DNA of 64,000 nt, from positions 71,362,001 to 71,426,000 of the forward strand of contig OZ024740.1 of assembly GCA_964016885.1 (NCBI GenBank), read 5' to 3'. The DNA is from Eledone cirrhosa. Lineage: Eukaryota. The notes beneath the pieces are model-generated. The model had not been told where the DNA came from and ran no database searches. It was given only the letters and a program-made list of their open reading frames with translations. Of this stretch, positions 1-14,600 are shown piece after piece; position 1 is the stretch's first letter; every line of letters starts with the position of its first letter. The translations under genes were made by a program, and so were the position numbers.

Positions 1-231
1 AGATTGTATTTCTTAGGGTTGGTGTTAACAATTGAACAGGATTCAGATTTGAAACAGTATCAGATAGAATGCTTTGCAGTATTTGTTCTGGATTTCTCTG
101 TTTTATCATCTCCATGTCTATTTTACCAGCTTACACGGGTTAGACAGGCTATCACATCTATTTAAAATCCTAACAAGAAGGCATAGTCTATTATACAAAT
201 CTCCAACTATGGTTCTGAGTCAAATTTAACT

Positions 232-570
232 ATTACTACTAAATAATTGTTTCTACCCAGTACATTACTGGTACTTTATTTTATCGACCCTGTAAGGATG
301 AAAGGCAAAGTTAACCTCGGCGGGATTTGAACTCAGACTGTAAAGGGACGTAACTATTACTACTAAATAATAATTGTTTCTACTATTGGCACAAGGCCAG
401 CAATTACCCAGTACATTACTGGTACTTTATTTTATCGACCCCGTAAGGATGAAAGGCAAAGTTAACCTCGGCGGGATTTGAACTCAGATCGTAAAGGGAC
501 GTAACTCTTTGCGTCCGACCCTCTATTGATACTGCCAATCCACAATACTACTAAATAATAATGTTTCTTT
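232..570 (-). mobile_element. Two tandem tRNA-derived SINE copies
   Basis: Minus strand has B box GAGTTCAAATCC followed by core GCCTTTCATCCTTACGGGGTCGATAAAATAAAGTACCAG; the unit is duplicated. Confidence 0.8.
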
Positions 571-2611
571 AAATTTAAGTGAAGGGTACAGTCATAGATG
601 TCTATAATTAAGTCAACTGCTCCATGTACCATCATCATTGTATAATGTTCTGCTAGCAAGAGTGTGACAGTATATTATGCAGCTTCATTCCACTGGGAAT
701 TCTTGGCACTTTACAACTATCAACAATTCTTATAAATAATTAAGTGTGTTTGTGGTGTGCACATGAATATATATATGCACATACTATATTTTTATATACA
801 TTATTTAAAGATTCTGATAAGATAAGAAAATATACCTAATGACTTTTATGACATTTAAAGAGTCTGCTAATTATGTGTTTATAAAGAATGTTGGTACTAA
901 TGGTGTCAGTGTACTTTATGAAAAAATACAATGAACCTTCTCTTCTACCACCACCACCACCACTATCTGCCAAATCTAAGTGAAAAGGTTCTACTTTTAG
1001 CCAGAATAACCAGTAATAGCTGGCAAAATTTGAAATAATTGGCAGTAACTTAATGAACTAGATGTAAATAATATATATAATGCAAAAGTGGGAGACAATG
1101 TAATGAGATCGCATTGATGAAGAATGGCTTTGATCAATAAATAATTTATGATTGTGCTAAGAGAATTATTCTTATCGTTATAAGGAAACACAAGTGTCAC
1201 ATGACAACCCACTTTCAGCTAACTTTGACAGGGAAATGGTAATATCTTCCTCCCTACTTAGCTTTCTATCTCACAGTATTGTCAGTGGTTAACTGCTGCT
1301 TTCTTTAGCTACCTCTCATAGGACAATAAAAACATCTATCTACCTACCTACCCACCTTTCTACCTGTCTGACATATGTATCTATTTTTAGACAATAGCAA
1401 TAACAAAAACAAATCACAAATCCCAATAACAGCCGGAAGAAAAATAGATAGATAGATCAAAATCATTATAATGTAGTGCATATGTTTGTTAATGATTAAA
1501 CAAAATATGGAAGGAAACTATTGCAATTGATTTAAATATGGCAATGGTCGGAATAACAAGGCCAAGGAAAATCAATGATTCAAGCATCTTTAAATAGAAT
1601 GTTGTAATGTAATCAAGGAATTATTGAATTAAATATTTTTTACAATAAACCCATTCATTTTTGGTAGGGATTATGCTGGTTATACAATAAATGATGAATA
1701 TAATAATTTTAGATTGCTAGGTGGCAGGATGAGAGAAAAAATAAAGCACCAGACTATATAACTTTCAATGGTTAGTTCAGTCCCTATACAATATGAAGTG
1801 TGTGGGGGGTATGAGCATTAACTCTTAATGCCCTGTACAGTATGAAATCGCATTAGCAAAATATTCTTAAAAAGTATAAAATAGCACTATGACTGAATAT
1901 TACAATACTGTTAATTTTCACAATGATCTGTCCACTAATAAAGAAACTATACTGTAAATATTTGAGTTAACTCTTCTCTGCACACCTATTCCTGAAAGGG
2001 TTGTGTGAGCAGAGTCATGCCTTCCAGAAGCAACCGTCTCCAAATGATCTGGCTGGATCTCTAAGACCAGCCAAGCTTATGAATGTTAGTTATCCAACTA
2101 TGTTACTTGTGGTTTACTTCTGGGCCTCCTGCCAGTCGGCTTTGCCCATAAAATCTGTCCAGCGATTTTTTCTTTAGACATTCTAACCACATATCCGTAG
2201 TACCAGCTCTCCATGGAATGACACCCTGATATCTGAGCTATACACCCTATCAAGTAATAATTCTTGAATAAATAGTCTTGTTTTAAGATATTTTCTGCTG
2301 AATCATGATATGAAAATATAGATGAAGTGGTTCCAAAGGATCATAGGCTTATCCTATCAAGAACTTGGGGAGGAAATAGTCAATTATATTAACCTCAGTA
2401 CCAACTTGGTGTTTATTTTATCACATGATGAAGTTTAAAATGAACAGAAATATTCAACATGGAAATATTCATAATACAAAACACATCACATCAAAGAGTG
2501 GGAAAGTACATGATTTAATGTAACAATAAAAATTTCATTACATGAATGTTATTTACAATGAATATAAAATCTTTCCAGTTTAGGTACGACGGGAAGGAAC
2601 AGTTTTCAAAA

Positions 2612-2664
2612 CTATAGGTACAAGCTGGCTGCAAACACAATGTCTCTCTTTATTTTTCTGATAC
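2612..2664 (-). CDS. MTREX: MTR4 exon 26 coding part ([16 protein letters not shown])
   Basis: Conserved SLYL C-terminus and TAG. Confidence 0.96.
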
Positions 2665-5600
2665 CTGGAAAGAAAGAATAAATAAATTTGGTTATAATAA
2701 AATATCTCAACTTTTCTACTGGTTCCAGCCAGTGGACTATCAAACTAGGACATTACTCTTTTAAAAAAATTATTCACAAAGTCATCGACTCATATTTAAC
2801 ACTTTCCAAAGTCTCTAATTTTGTAAAATTTTATAAAGATATTTTAAGTACAGGTTGATAATGGCTATCAGAAGTAATGATCACAATTTTCGAAAAAGGA
2901 ATACAAGAAAGATTGCTCTAATTATAGAGGAATCTCCTTGTTAAGCTTCCCCAATAAAGTTTATGCTAAGTGTCTGGCAAAGAGATGTAGAGATATTGTC
3001 CAAGATAGCTGATGAAAAGTGTGGTTTTTGTCTCGGATGAGTACAGCCATCTATATATTCATTCTGTAGCAGGTCTTCGAAAAATTTTGGGAGTATTGCC
3101 AAGCAGTATATGCTAATCCTCAACATCAAGAGATCATGACTCCAGTATTATGGATATGTAATTAGAATACCTATGGAATGGATTGCAGATTTTATAGGTA
3201 AACTTAACCAGCAAGAGGCCCAAAGGTTATCAGCAAAATGGTTGGATAAACATCTATAAGCTAAGTTGCCTTTCGCTTGGGATCCAGCCAGATCATTTGG
3301 ACACTTTGGAAGGTGTGTCTGAGGACTCTGCTCACACAACCCTCTGAAGAAGAAGACAAAAACAAAGAAGAAGCAGAAGAAATAATAGGACCCCCACACA
3401 CACACTCAATCAATAGTCTTGACAATTTTACTATACCTTCTGAAAATTTATTTTCAAGTTCTGTATTTCCTATAGCTTTTGAAGCTTGACACATTTGTCT
3501 CAACATTTCCTCTAGTCGTCGCATGATCCTTATAACACTCCCTGTTAAAATAATATTAAACCATGTTACAAATTTAGTAGATGGAATATAACAACACTGG
3601 TAGGGAGTAATCCTCATTAAGTTATAAGAACACAACAGAAATCATAATTAAAGAGAAGAAACAGTTCTATACAAAGTTTTCCAAGATACATAGCAAAATG
3701 GCCTTGTGGATTTGGCATTGGAGGAGCAGCAGTTCATAGTCTTAAGTTTAAAACCACAATAGGTACTGTTGTGTACTGGGGCAGTACAATTAACCCTTTG
3801 AACTCTGACTATGCTATGTGCACAGGCCCCAAACCTAGACGTCACTAGAAAAAATTAAATGTACAAACTTGGTAAATATCATGGCAATACCTGCTTGATG
3901 AGCTCATATAAAAGCAATGATGTAAAACAATCACTGATCATGCAGAAAATAGTGAAAAATCAGTTGTAAATACAAGTGTGTGGCAGAATGAGCTGGTAAG
4001 ACATTGTCAAACATTATCAAGACTAGTAGAAAACCGAGCCAGTAGGTTCAGTTCACTTAAATGGTGGAAACCGTTTCTATGCCCTATCAGAGAAAAAAAT
4101 CTTGTCTTTCTTCTGTTTTATGTCAAATTCTAATTAAGCACTGGCTCTTAAAAACTATGTGAGTCTTAGGAAACAGTATTGGCTCTTAAAAGCTATATGA
4201 GGTTTAGGAAACATCTTGTATTGAACAAACCATTCAGCTGTAAATAAACATCAAGTTGAGACACACCTGACTGCTCTATTGGAATACTGTAAACCAATCA
4301 GTTTTGTTAGCTTACAGTTTTAAGTTCAAAGCCTCTAATGGACAACTGAAGAAGGAACAGATCTTTATTACATTCCCCAACAAGAGAGCATCAACATGAT
4401 TTCTCAAATTGCTAGAAATAGCAGTAATATCTTCCTCAAATTAAACTTTACTGTTTTAAACAAAGATGGAAACAAGAAAATTCGGTGTTAGACGCACCTG
4501 AAAAGGCAAGATGGTTGTAACTGGAATACTTTTGACCACTTAACTGTTTAATCAGACCCAGGGCTAAATAAAAACAACCACTATCCACCAATATATATCT
4601 CTTTTATTAGCTCTGATTAAATTACTCATCTACCCAGTTTAGAATAGGTACACCGTATCTCTGCATGTCATAAGAAGCAACTAAAAGAGTTTGCCCAAGA
4701 ACAGCATCTAGCCTTAAAACAATGCCCCAAAAAGGACCTCCTTTTCCTAACCTTTGCTAGCAGAGGAAATGGACATTTGATAATAATTATGATGACTAAT
4801 AGCAACAGCATTCAAGCGAGTCAATGGCTATAAACATCTCCTTTGTAATATTAATACCATATCTTTAAAATAAGAGTAATGATTTATATTTTCAAACAAG
4901 GATTATCAAAGAAAAATTAAAAACAACTTTAGGACAAGCTATTTTATACCTTCAAATATATCAGTCATTTTACAAATTTGTGCAAATTCAGCACCATTGC
5001 ACCAAGCATTCACAACATCCATCATGTGGGGTTTGAAAGAATCAACATAACTTTCTTCGTCCATCTCTATCTTGGCTTCTTTGCTCACCCGTGCAATTCT
5101 TCTTGCAGTATCCTGTAAAATAAACAGACAATTCTAATAGGAAACTTCTGGGTAAACATAATTCTTTCAAACATTGGATCAAGGCCAACAATTTGAAGGA
5201 AGAGGAAATTCAATTATATTAACCTCAGTACTTAACTGGTACTTTACATTTCATCTATTTGAGGTTGATGAATAAAGTTGAGCTTGGTGGAATTTGATCT
5301 CAGAACAGAAAGTTGTATCTAAATGCCAAGAGGCATTTTGTCTGACACTCTACAGATACTGCAAATCCACAAATAAAGGAGACTTGGAAATAACAAACTA
5401 AAGCAGTAACAAATACAGAGTAGAGGGGGACTCTTCAGTTTGGTCAGTTAAACCATCCTAGAGCCAGTGGTATAAAATACACCCAGTTCATGCTGTAAAG
5501 TGGTTGGCAATCAGAAAAGCATGCAGCTGTGAAAAGATATGGCATATACAACAGTTTTTTCTCTCTCACTGAATGTTTCAGATGATCAAAAACTAGTGCT

Positions 5601-8600
5601 GAGAGACTCAGCCAACCCATATCGACATGGGAAAATGATTGTAAAATGATGATGGTGATGATGACTGATTGACTCTAACAGACGTTTGAATTAGCATTGT
5701 AAGCTACTGGGTTTTAAGGTAAAATAATAATTGCTTCTACATTTGGCAGAAGTCCAGCAATTTGAAAGAGAGGGAAATTGACCCCAGTACTTGACTGAGA
5801 CTTTATTTTATCGACCCCAGAAGGATGAAAGGCAAATCTAACCTTGGTGGAATTTGAACTGAGAACATAAAGGGCCATAACTATATGCCGTAAAGCATAT
5901 TGTCCGATGCTCTACCGAGACTGCCAATCCACCGCCCTTATCACCATCATCATCACTATTAAACGTCCATTTTTCCATGCTAGCATGGGTTAGATGAGCT
6001 GTCCTGTTGTGAGACACGCCAGATCAGATGACTGTGTCTTGCTCATACAGAACTGATTTTGGCTTGGTTTTTATGGCTGGATGCCCTTCCTAACGTGTCA
6101 ATATAATAATAATAATTAGTTTACATGAAATAGCTAACAGAATATCCCATTCTAACTAGCATGATTTTAAGCTAGGCTGGCTACAATCTGAAGCTTGTAG
6201 ACACATTATTGTGAAACAATATGAATGAGAGAAATGGTTTAATCCTTACAGAAGCCAAGAAACCTGGTAGTTTTAAAAACTAACAAACAATTGCTGCAAA
6301 GACTGAGACACTTGTTTTCTCAAAGAAGCCTGTGAAGTGCACTCTGCATGTGAATTGAGTTCCACTAAAGTGGAGAGGTTCAAGTATTTCAAGGTCATTT
6401 TCACAAGTGATGGAAGGCAGGAGACTGAATTAAATGCAAGAATTGTTGGAGCTGGTGCAGTAATGTGTCAGCTTCAGCACTCTGTCATTTATATCTATCT
6501 CCATTCTTCTGAAGACTAACTCGTTATCTTCAATTTGGTGTTTGTGCTTACCCTTACATATGGTCATGAGTCTTGGATAATAGCCAAAAGAATATGATCA
6601 CAAATACAAGTGACTGAAATAAGATACTTCTGAAGGGTCTTTGGAGTAACATTACACAATAGGGTGCCTTGCTCATAGATCAAGCTCCAATACAAAGAAT
6701 ATGTGATTAGCATGCCTAAAGAAAGAATCACAGGGCAGATTTTACAAGCCAAGTCAACCAGTAAAATGGTAGAGATGGTGCCATGATAAAAAGTACCCTG
6801 CCTCCTCTGTAATGTGGTAGTGCTGGTGACACAATAAAATGTACCCAGGATTCTCTGTAAAGTGGCAGAGTTGGTGCCATGATAAAATGTACTCAGTACA
6901 CTCTGTAAAGTGGTTGGTATTAGAAAAGGCAACTAGCTGCAGAATCCATGCCAAAAATGAAGCATACAAGTGAGATGAGACTCCCCAACCAGTCCAGTCT
7001 CAAACTGTCCAACTCAGCATAGAAAGCAGACATATGATGATGATGATGATGATGATATATGAAAAATACTAATGGGATGTAATCACTTTTTCAATTAAAA
7101 TTCAACACATGGCTTAATGAATTTTAACAAGTGCACATACCTGCATGATTTTTAAGGGTCCACGTAATGTTTCCGTCAGTTTGGGATTTTCTGATGCTTT
7201 TTCTTGGCAGACAAAACAACTGAGAAGAGCACAACTCTGTTGAACAGTGAGATCAGTGAAAACTCCATGGAATAACAACTCAGTAAGGAGTAATTCTTGA
7301 CCACTGAAAAATCAGTCATGAAAGAGTCGATTATTTTCAAGAAACCAGATTACCCAACAAACAAAAACAATATAAATATGATTCATAAATGTTTAACAAT
7401 TTTATTTATAAAACTTTTATATATTCAGAAACAAATCATCCTTCTATTTTAATTAACTCATAAATTTGATAAGCTATTAACCCATTTGATACCAAACTAC
7501 TGTTTTTATGATGAAAAAAAAACATTTGTTTTAAAGTGTTCATACTTTATATTTAAACCTTCCATTATAACTTTTGTGAGAACCTTTTCAAAGATTATGT
7601 TCTAAACACCAACTTAATAACAAGGATGTTAGTTATATTACTAAATCTCTCTCCATTTTTTATTATTTTCAAAATTATGTGAAAATAATAGGCAGTCTTT
7701 CATTAGAAATATGGTAATGAAGGGGTTAAAAAACATTCAAGTATTAAACTATTAGGAAAATGTGCACATTGAAACTATGACAGAATTAATAAAGCTTCTC
7801 AAATCAGTATATTGACATATGCAGGTAACTGCAATATGTTGTTTACAATCCAGTGATCCAACTGATTACAACCTACATTTATGAGCCATTGAAGGAACCA
7901 CCATGTAATCACTTGAGCTGCTAGAAGTAACTGTCAAATTACACCTACTATCATGTAATAAGAACACACACGATGTAGGCCTAAATATATAAAAACATGG
8001 AATGGTTAAGGCTGGAATGTCTGCTCACTAAGGACTTATTATATTTGTTTTCTTTCTCTAAAGCTTAAGTATTTTCTTTTAAAGCAAACATTTTTCATGG
8101 ATCCCTAAAATACTACAGTAAACTCCAGTTAAGACTCACAGGTATACAGCAATAAATTTAACTTGAATTTTAACTAAAAATATCTGGATTTATGATTTAA
8201 GTTCAATCTCTTCCACAATAATAACTAAACCTTGCAAATTCCACAATTAAGAAAAGGTTTTTAAGAAACCAATTACCTGTCAATTTCACAAGCAACTCTA
8301 CCCTTCATTTCAATAACATCCGAAGATGTAGCATAACCAAGTCGCCTCAAGACACGTTTCCGGCATTTCAACTCATCCATTTGCAGCAATGATTTTTTTT
8401 TCTTCATTTCAAGTTTTATTTTTTTTATATCTTGTCCAATCTAAAATACACAAAGAAATCTTCAAAAGAATGTTATGCGCAATTGTTTCATCATCATCAT
8501 CTGCTTTCCTTGTGTACTTTCACTAAAATATTCTACTCTCCACTTTTATGTTAGTATGTGCCCTAAGACAAAACACATAAACACACTATTCTCTATCTTT

Positions 8601-11600
8601 CTAGCTGACAAAAAACTCTATTATTCTGGTTAACAATAAAAAAAATAATCTAGTCATAAAACAGAACCAAAATTGTTCAAAGAATCACACCCAGCCATGC
8701 TAGCATGGAAAAGTGAATGTAAAATTGATAATGATGATGATGAATCACATCCAGTTATGCTAGCAGGGAGAATGGATGTAAAACAAAAGAATGTCAACAA
8801 GGGCAATATAGTTCTTCATCATCATCATTGTTTAACATCTGCTTTCCTCATTAGCAAAGGTTAGATGGGTTGTCAGCAGACCAGCTTGGTACGCAACATG
8901 AAGGTACTGACTCATAGTGGACAGGGAGCCTGCATCATACTCATGTTCCAGCACACAAGAGCTCAGACAAGCTGGTCGCCCACACACACACTACAAGTGC
9001 ATATTATTGCAACACTAGCACAGGTTTTCTATGGATTAACATCCCATCACCAACCACTTTACAGAATGTACTTCTAAATTGTACATTTTTCATGTGAATA
9101 GTTGAAGTAGGAATATTGCAGTCTTTCAAAGAATAGGGATATGAGCTTTATAATTAAAGCATGTTGAAGAGCTAAGGAAAATAATAAGGCTTGCCAAAGA
9201 ACAAAATACAATTATGCTAACAGGATTTGTGTTCATGACCTTATAGTCAGCAACCAAACTTAAAATCACAAATAAAGTAACATGCTATGCATTTAATAAT
9301 TCATTTGTACTAGGTAATCCCAGTGGGAGGAAACTGCTGTAGAGGGAGACTGAGCAAAGGTAATGAGAACTGGTCTCAGATCGATGAGGCTCACAGAGGA
9401 GAGATAACGAAGGAACGCAACAAATGAAAAGATGCTGTATTAGAAAGACCCATCAAACCCATGCAAGCATGAAAAAGCAGACATAAAATGATGATAATAA
9501 TAGCTTGATTAAAGAATAATGGACAGTATCAACAGTCAACTTATAGACAAAATCAGATTGATGTATTTGATTTTTATTTACCTTAGCTTTCCGTTCATAT
9601 AGAGAATAATATTCCTCCAGTTTCGGATCTTTATGAAGAGGATGAGAATACATACGGTGCTCAAAAGCTTCAATTTTCTGAAAAGATAAATAATAGAATC
9701 AAAATTAAATTTCATGCCAACATGTAACAGACTGTATATAAAATATCATACACATACATACACACCTTGTTAGAAAAAGGGGAAAATGTTATCCATAGTT
9801 CAAATTTAGCAAAAGATGACATATGAGATAATACTAATGTTTATTTGATGGATTACAGTAATTTTAAAACACACTGGTACCTTAATTGTTTCCTTCAGAC
9901 CCTTTTCTCGGATACCCATATCATCAATTGGATCTAGCAGAGGTAAACCGTATGGGAACCTTCGTTGAACTTCCTGAAAGAATAAAAAAAAATGTATATG
10001 TATTTTAGTAAACTTAACTAAAAGTGAATTCACAATAACTGGTTTCATGAAAATAAAGCCAACATAAGCCTTCCACTAGCCTTTGAGACCATACATTGCA
10101 GCTACATTTATAAGCACAGGATTTCTCCTCATAAAGCCACGTTACAGATATTAAATATGTTTAAAGCATATACATATTACTGAAATGTATATGTTTGTAA
10201 ATATTGAAGAATTGTATGTTTACTCGTAATCATGACTTTGGAAAAAATAGTAAAAAAAAATTTTAATTAAAATTGCTGAACAATTGCATTTCATCAATTT
10301 TCACTTTCCTCCTTATCCTCTTCTCTAACACCCTTTCAAATACCTTCATTCTATGTTCTAATACCTTAACCAATTTAGAGGATCACCTTCCCCTTGTACA
10401 AAGGAATGAGTGTACTCAATTCCCAATCCACTGGAGTTTGGTTTTCTTTCACCACCAAACTAGATATGTCATCCTCTTCACACCCCAACTTCCCTGCTGC
10501 CTTTCTGTTGGAATACCTACCTTTCCAATACTTTCTCAGCTATTTCCTCTGCCAGTCTGAGAATAGCAAATGTTTATCTAGTCAGTACACTCTGTAAAAT
10601 GATTGATATGAAGGGTATCCAGCTGTGGAAATCTCTTCAGCTATGCCAAAGTCATGAGAACTTCTCTAGCATTGATACCACAATAAAATGCACTCACTAG
10701 AGGATGGGACTGTATGTCAGGTCCCCAGTCCAACCCTTGCTAGCATGAAAAACAGGAGTTAAATGATGATGATGATGATGACTTTGATTTTAAATATTAA
10801 TTAGATAAATCTGGCCTCACATGGTCTAGTATCTTTTGACTATAAACAGTTTAGTAATGAGAAAGATAAGGTGAGATTTATCCAAAATTTTAAATACCTG
10901 AACTGATTTTAGGACACTCTGCCTGCTGTCCAATGTCCGTAAGTCTTTAGGAACATATAAGCGTACAGAGCTTATTGAGGATATCAAATGGATGAGAATA
11001 GGCACAACCTGTAAATTAAAATAAACAGAAAAATATAGTAACCATATCTGAGAGAGAGAGACTAATGCAAAATATATAAAAAATATGAAATACCTGCATC
11101 TCTCCCTTCTGTCCAGGAGGACATGATTTGATAGATAGGCTACTATGAGCATTAGCAGATTCTTGGCTGAGATGGAGAAGGACTTCACATACATACTGAA
11201 CATCTGCTTCCAACTGAAAATATAATCATGATACTGATTCTACTATAGGCTAATATGGAGAAATTCAAATTTCATAAAACACAAATCCTTTTTCTTTGTA
11301 TTAGAAAACCTAGCGCTTAGATAATATAATTTTATTGCAGAGAAATGTCATAGCAAATATGGTATCAGATGTTTTAAATATCAATATTCTCTTTAACTCT
11401 TTCGTTATCACATTTTTAATGAAAGACACTGTCTACGATTTTCAATTAATTTTCTCATTTTTAAGATGGTGTTTGGAACAAAACATAAAAGTTCTTGCAT
11501 AAAATAATGAAGTTTTGTACCATACACCTTTGTGCTTCTTGAAACTTATTTCAAAGAATGCTATCGTTTTTCCAGTGATTGAGATATACAATATAATGAT

Positions 11601-14600
11601 GATCTATTCAGCAAGAACTGTTTGATAAATGATGAAATTAGTTAAAAACTATCTGCAGAGATTGCAATAACAAGAGAGTTCTATGGCCATGTACTTAAAG
11701 GACGGACATTAGCCACACTTGCTAGCAGGGAAAACAAACACAAGCTGGATGACTCTTCGAACTTCATGTACTGTTACAGCAAGTATTTTCCAATTCCTAA
11801 CAAATAATGATTTCTGTTTTAGGCACAAAAATCAACAATTTCAAGAAAGGACAAAGTCCATTATATCGATCTCAGTACTTGACTAGAACTCTATTTTATC
11901 GAGCCTGGAAGGATAAAAAGCAAAATTGACCATTACAGGATTTGAACTCAGAACAAATTCTGCTAAGCATTTGTGCTGTGTTCTAATGACTCTGCCAACC
12001 CACTGTCATTATCCTATCAATTAATAATTGTTTCTACTTTTGGCACAAGGCCAGCAATTACCCAGTGCATTACTGGTACTTTATTTTATCGACCCCGTAA
12101 GAATGAAAGGTAAAGTTAACCTTGGCGGGATTTGAACTCAGAATGGCAAGGGCCGTAACTCCATACGTCAAAGCATGGCGTCCAACCCTCTACTGATACT
12201 GCTAATCCACCATCCTATCAATTAATAATTGTTTCTACTTTTGGCACAAGGCCAGCAATTATCCAGTGCATTACTGGTACTTTATTTTATCGACCCCGTA
12301 AGGATGAAAGGCAAAGTTAACCTCGGCTTAATAATGGCATGTAAGTGGTATCTAACTTATCTCATCAAGTTGATATTAACTGGGGCTTCAATTACATAAT
12401 TTATGATAGCGCATAAATATATCACAGCAAAAATATTCAAAAACTGATATCAAGAGATAATTATCAAGGATTTTATTTAAAATTTATTACCATGGTACTT
12501 AAAATCAATTTCAAAGCACTCATAATGCATGAGGTCACACAAATTTCATGACAGCTATAGTTTTTCTTCAAAACACTGAACACAAAATTTAAAAACTAGG
12601 TTAACTATGTATTTCATAATTATCAGAAACAGTAATTTTTACTGAAATCCTTTCTGCTATACTTAATGGTTTTAACACATTTATAACTAGTGTAAGTAAT
12701 TTTAGCTGGTGAACTAGCAGTCATTAAAATGATGGATAAAATGCTTTTCAGTATTTATTCCGGCTCTTTCAGTTCAAAACCTGCCATGGTCAACTTTACC
12801 TTTCATCTTTTTGAGGTTAATAAAAAATATCAGTCCAGTAATGGAATGGATTCTTCCTCAATATCTTTTTCTCACTTCCTTTCTCTCTTTCTCTAAAAGA
12901 AATTGGCTGTATTCGGACCTAGAGAGGAGATAAACTGGGTCAGTTTTCTTAAAAACACATTCCCAAGACACATTGCATGTCTCTATGGCACTCACGATTC
13001 CATCTAGAGCTACAGATCCACACATACATATGTAATTTTGGTCTAATCAACAATAGAGCATGTATAATTAATTACAGCCTTATCTATAGTGTTTTGTATT
13101 GGCCCATAATACAATGCTTGTAGTTGAGATTTTATCTTCAACTTTCAGATTAGTTCTATACCATAACTAGTATATTCCATTCCAAAGATTTACCTTATTT
13201 TGATTAGCTTTCTTCTGGACATTAACAACAACTCCCCAACCAAATTCATCATCAGCATTTTTTACCTGGAAAAGACAGAAATAAGTCAATGAAAATATAT
13301 TAAACATTTAAATAGCAAATATATTTACATCACTAAATTCAGAAAGTACTCACTTTAACCAAACGACCTGGCTGTAAAAATTGCAATATATTTTGGGGTT
13401 TTGTGATAAAGGCCTGGAATTCAATAGCAAGGGCATCAAGCTGTTGTCTAATCTTATAGTATGTTGCTATTTGCTCTTCATTTGGAATTTTCAGAACATT
13501 GTGATCTTTTTCCCATTTGCGAATATCTAGACAGATAAAGAAAAATACAACATAAGATCATGAAATATTTATTTACATATAGAGATGATTTTATTTTCAA
13601 ATTGAAATATAGAAATATTTAACTTTATCATGTTTAATATAAAAGTTAACTTGCTCAAGATTTAAAAAATGAAAATTAAGATGTTTTCTTCACAAGCACA
13701 TAGTTTGAGGCTCATATATATATATATATATATGTGTGTGTGAGTGCATGTATGTAATTATACATTCGTGGGGAGATGGAAATACTTGAGCATGTGGTTA
13801 GCTCACCAGGAATGACAGACCCCCTAATCCTTGTTAGAACACCATTCTAGGAAAAAGAAAACTGATGTAAAACCAGTAACTCGATAACAGCCAATAATGT
13901 TGACCTGTCACCATTGTTCAGAGAGTGGGATTGATCCAGTGCAAGGCTTTTCTTTCACTTAAAGCTTCAAGCACAAGCATCACTTGATCTAAATGACTAT
14001 TAAATGTGTTGCATGGGCATGACTAAATAGAGATGATAGGGACATTTTTATTTTTTTCATTGCAGCTTATACAGAAAGACATAACTCTTAGACAAGGCTA
14101 AAAAGTCATGTTTGTGCCATTCATGTATGAGATCAAGTGATGGCAATTCTTGACATCAAGATGTAGTCATATATATATATATATATATAAATGATGGTGA
14201 TGATGACATATATTTTGTAAATAGGTGTGCATGACAGACTTCCACACAGTTTCTGTCTACCAAATTCTACTGACATGACATTGATCAAAGTGATGTGCAG
14301 TGAAATCAACCACAACCAGATAGTTGCAAAGCAAATTTTTTAACCACACAAGCATATCTTAGGGTTTTCTCATTTCACTTTCAATAGTCCAACTTTTAGA
14401 TTATTAACAATATATTTTGCCAAATTTAAATTCTTTTAAAATCCTGAAGCAAGAATATGAATACGTACTTTCAAGAAGTTGTGGTATTGTGGCATAGTTT
14501 TGGAACTGGTAGAAGGATCGTTCCAACATATACTCAGGATTAATTTCTTCAACTCTCAGCAAATTCAGAACCATATTGTAGGTAAGATGAAATGCACTGT

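Noticed and set aside
2400-2520. MTREX poly(A) signal
   Set aside because: Candidates (ATTAAA at 2514-2519; AATAAA at 2412-2417 inside a SINE remnant) cannot be distinguished without transcript data
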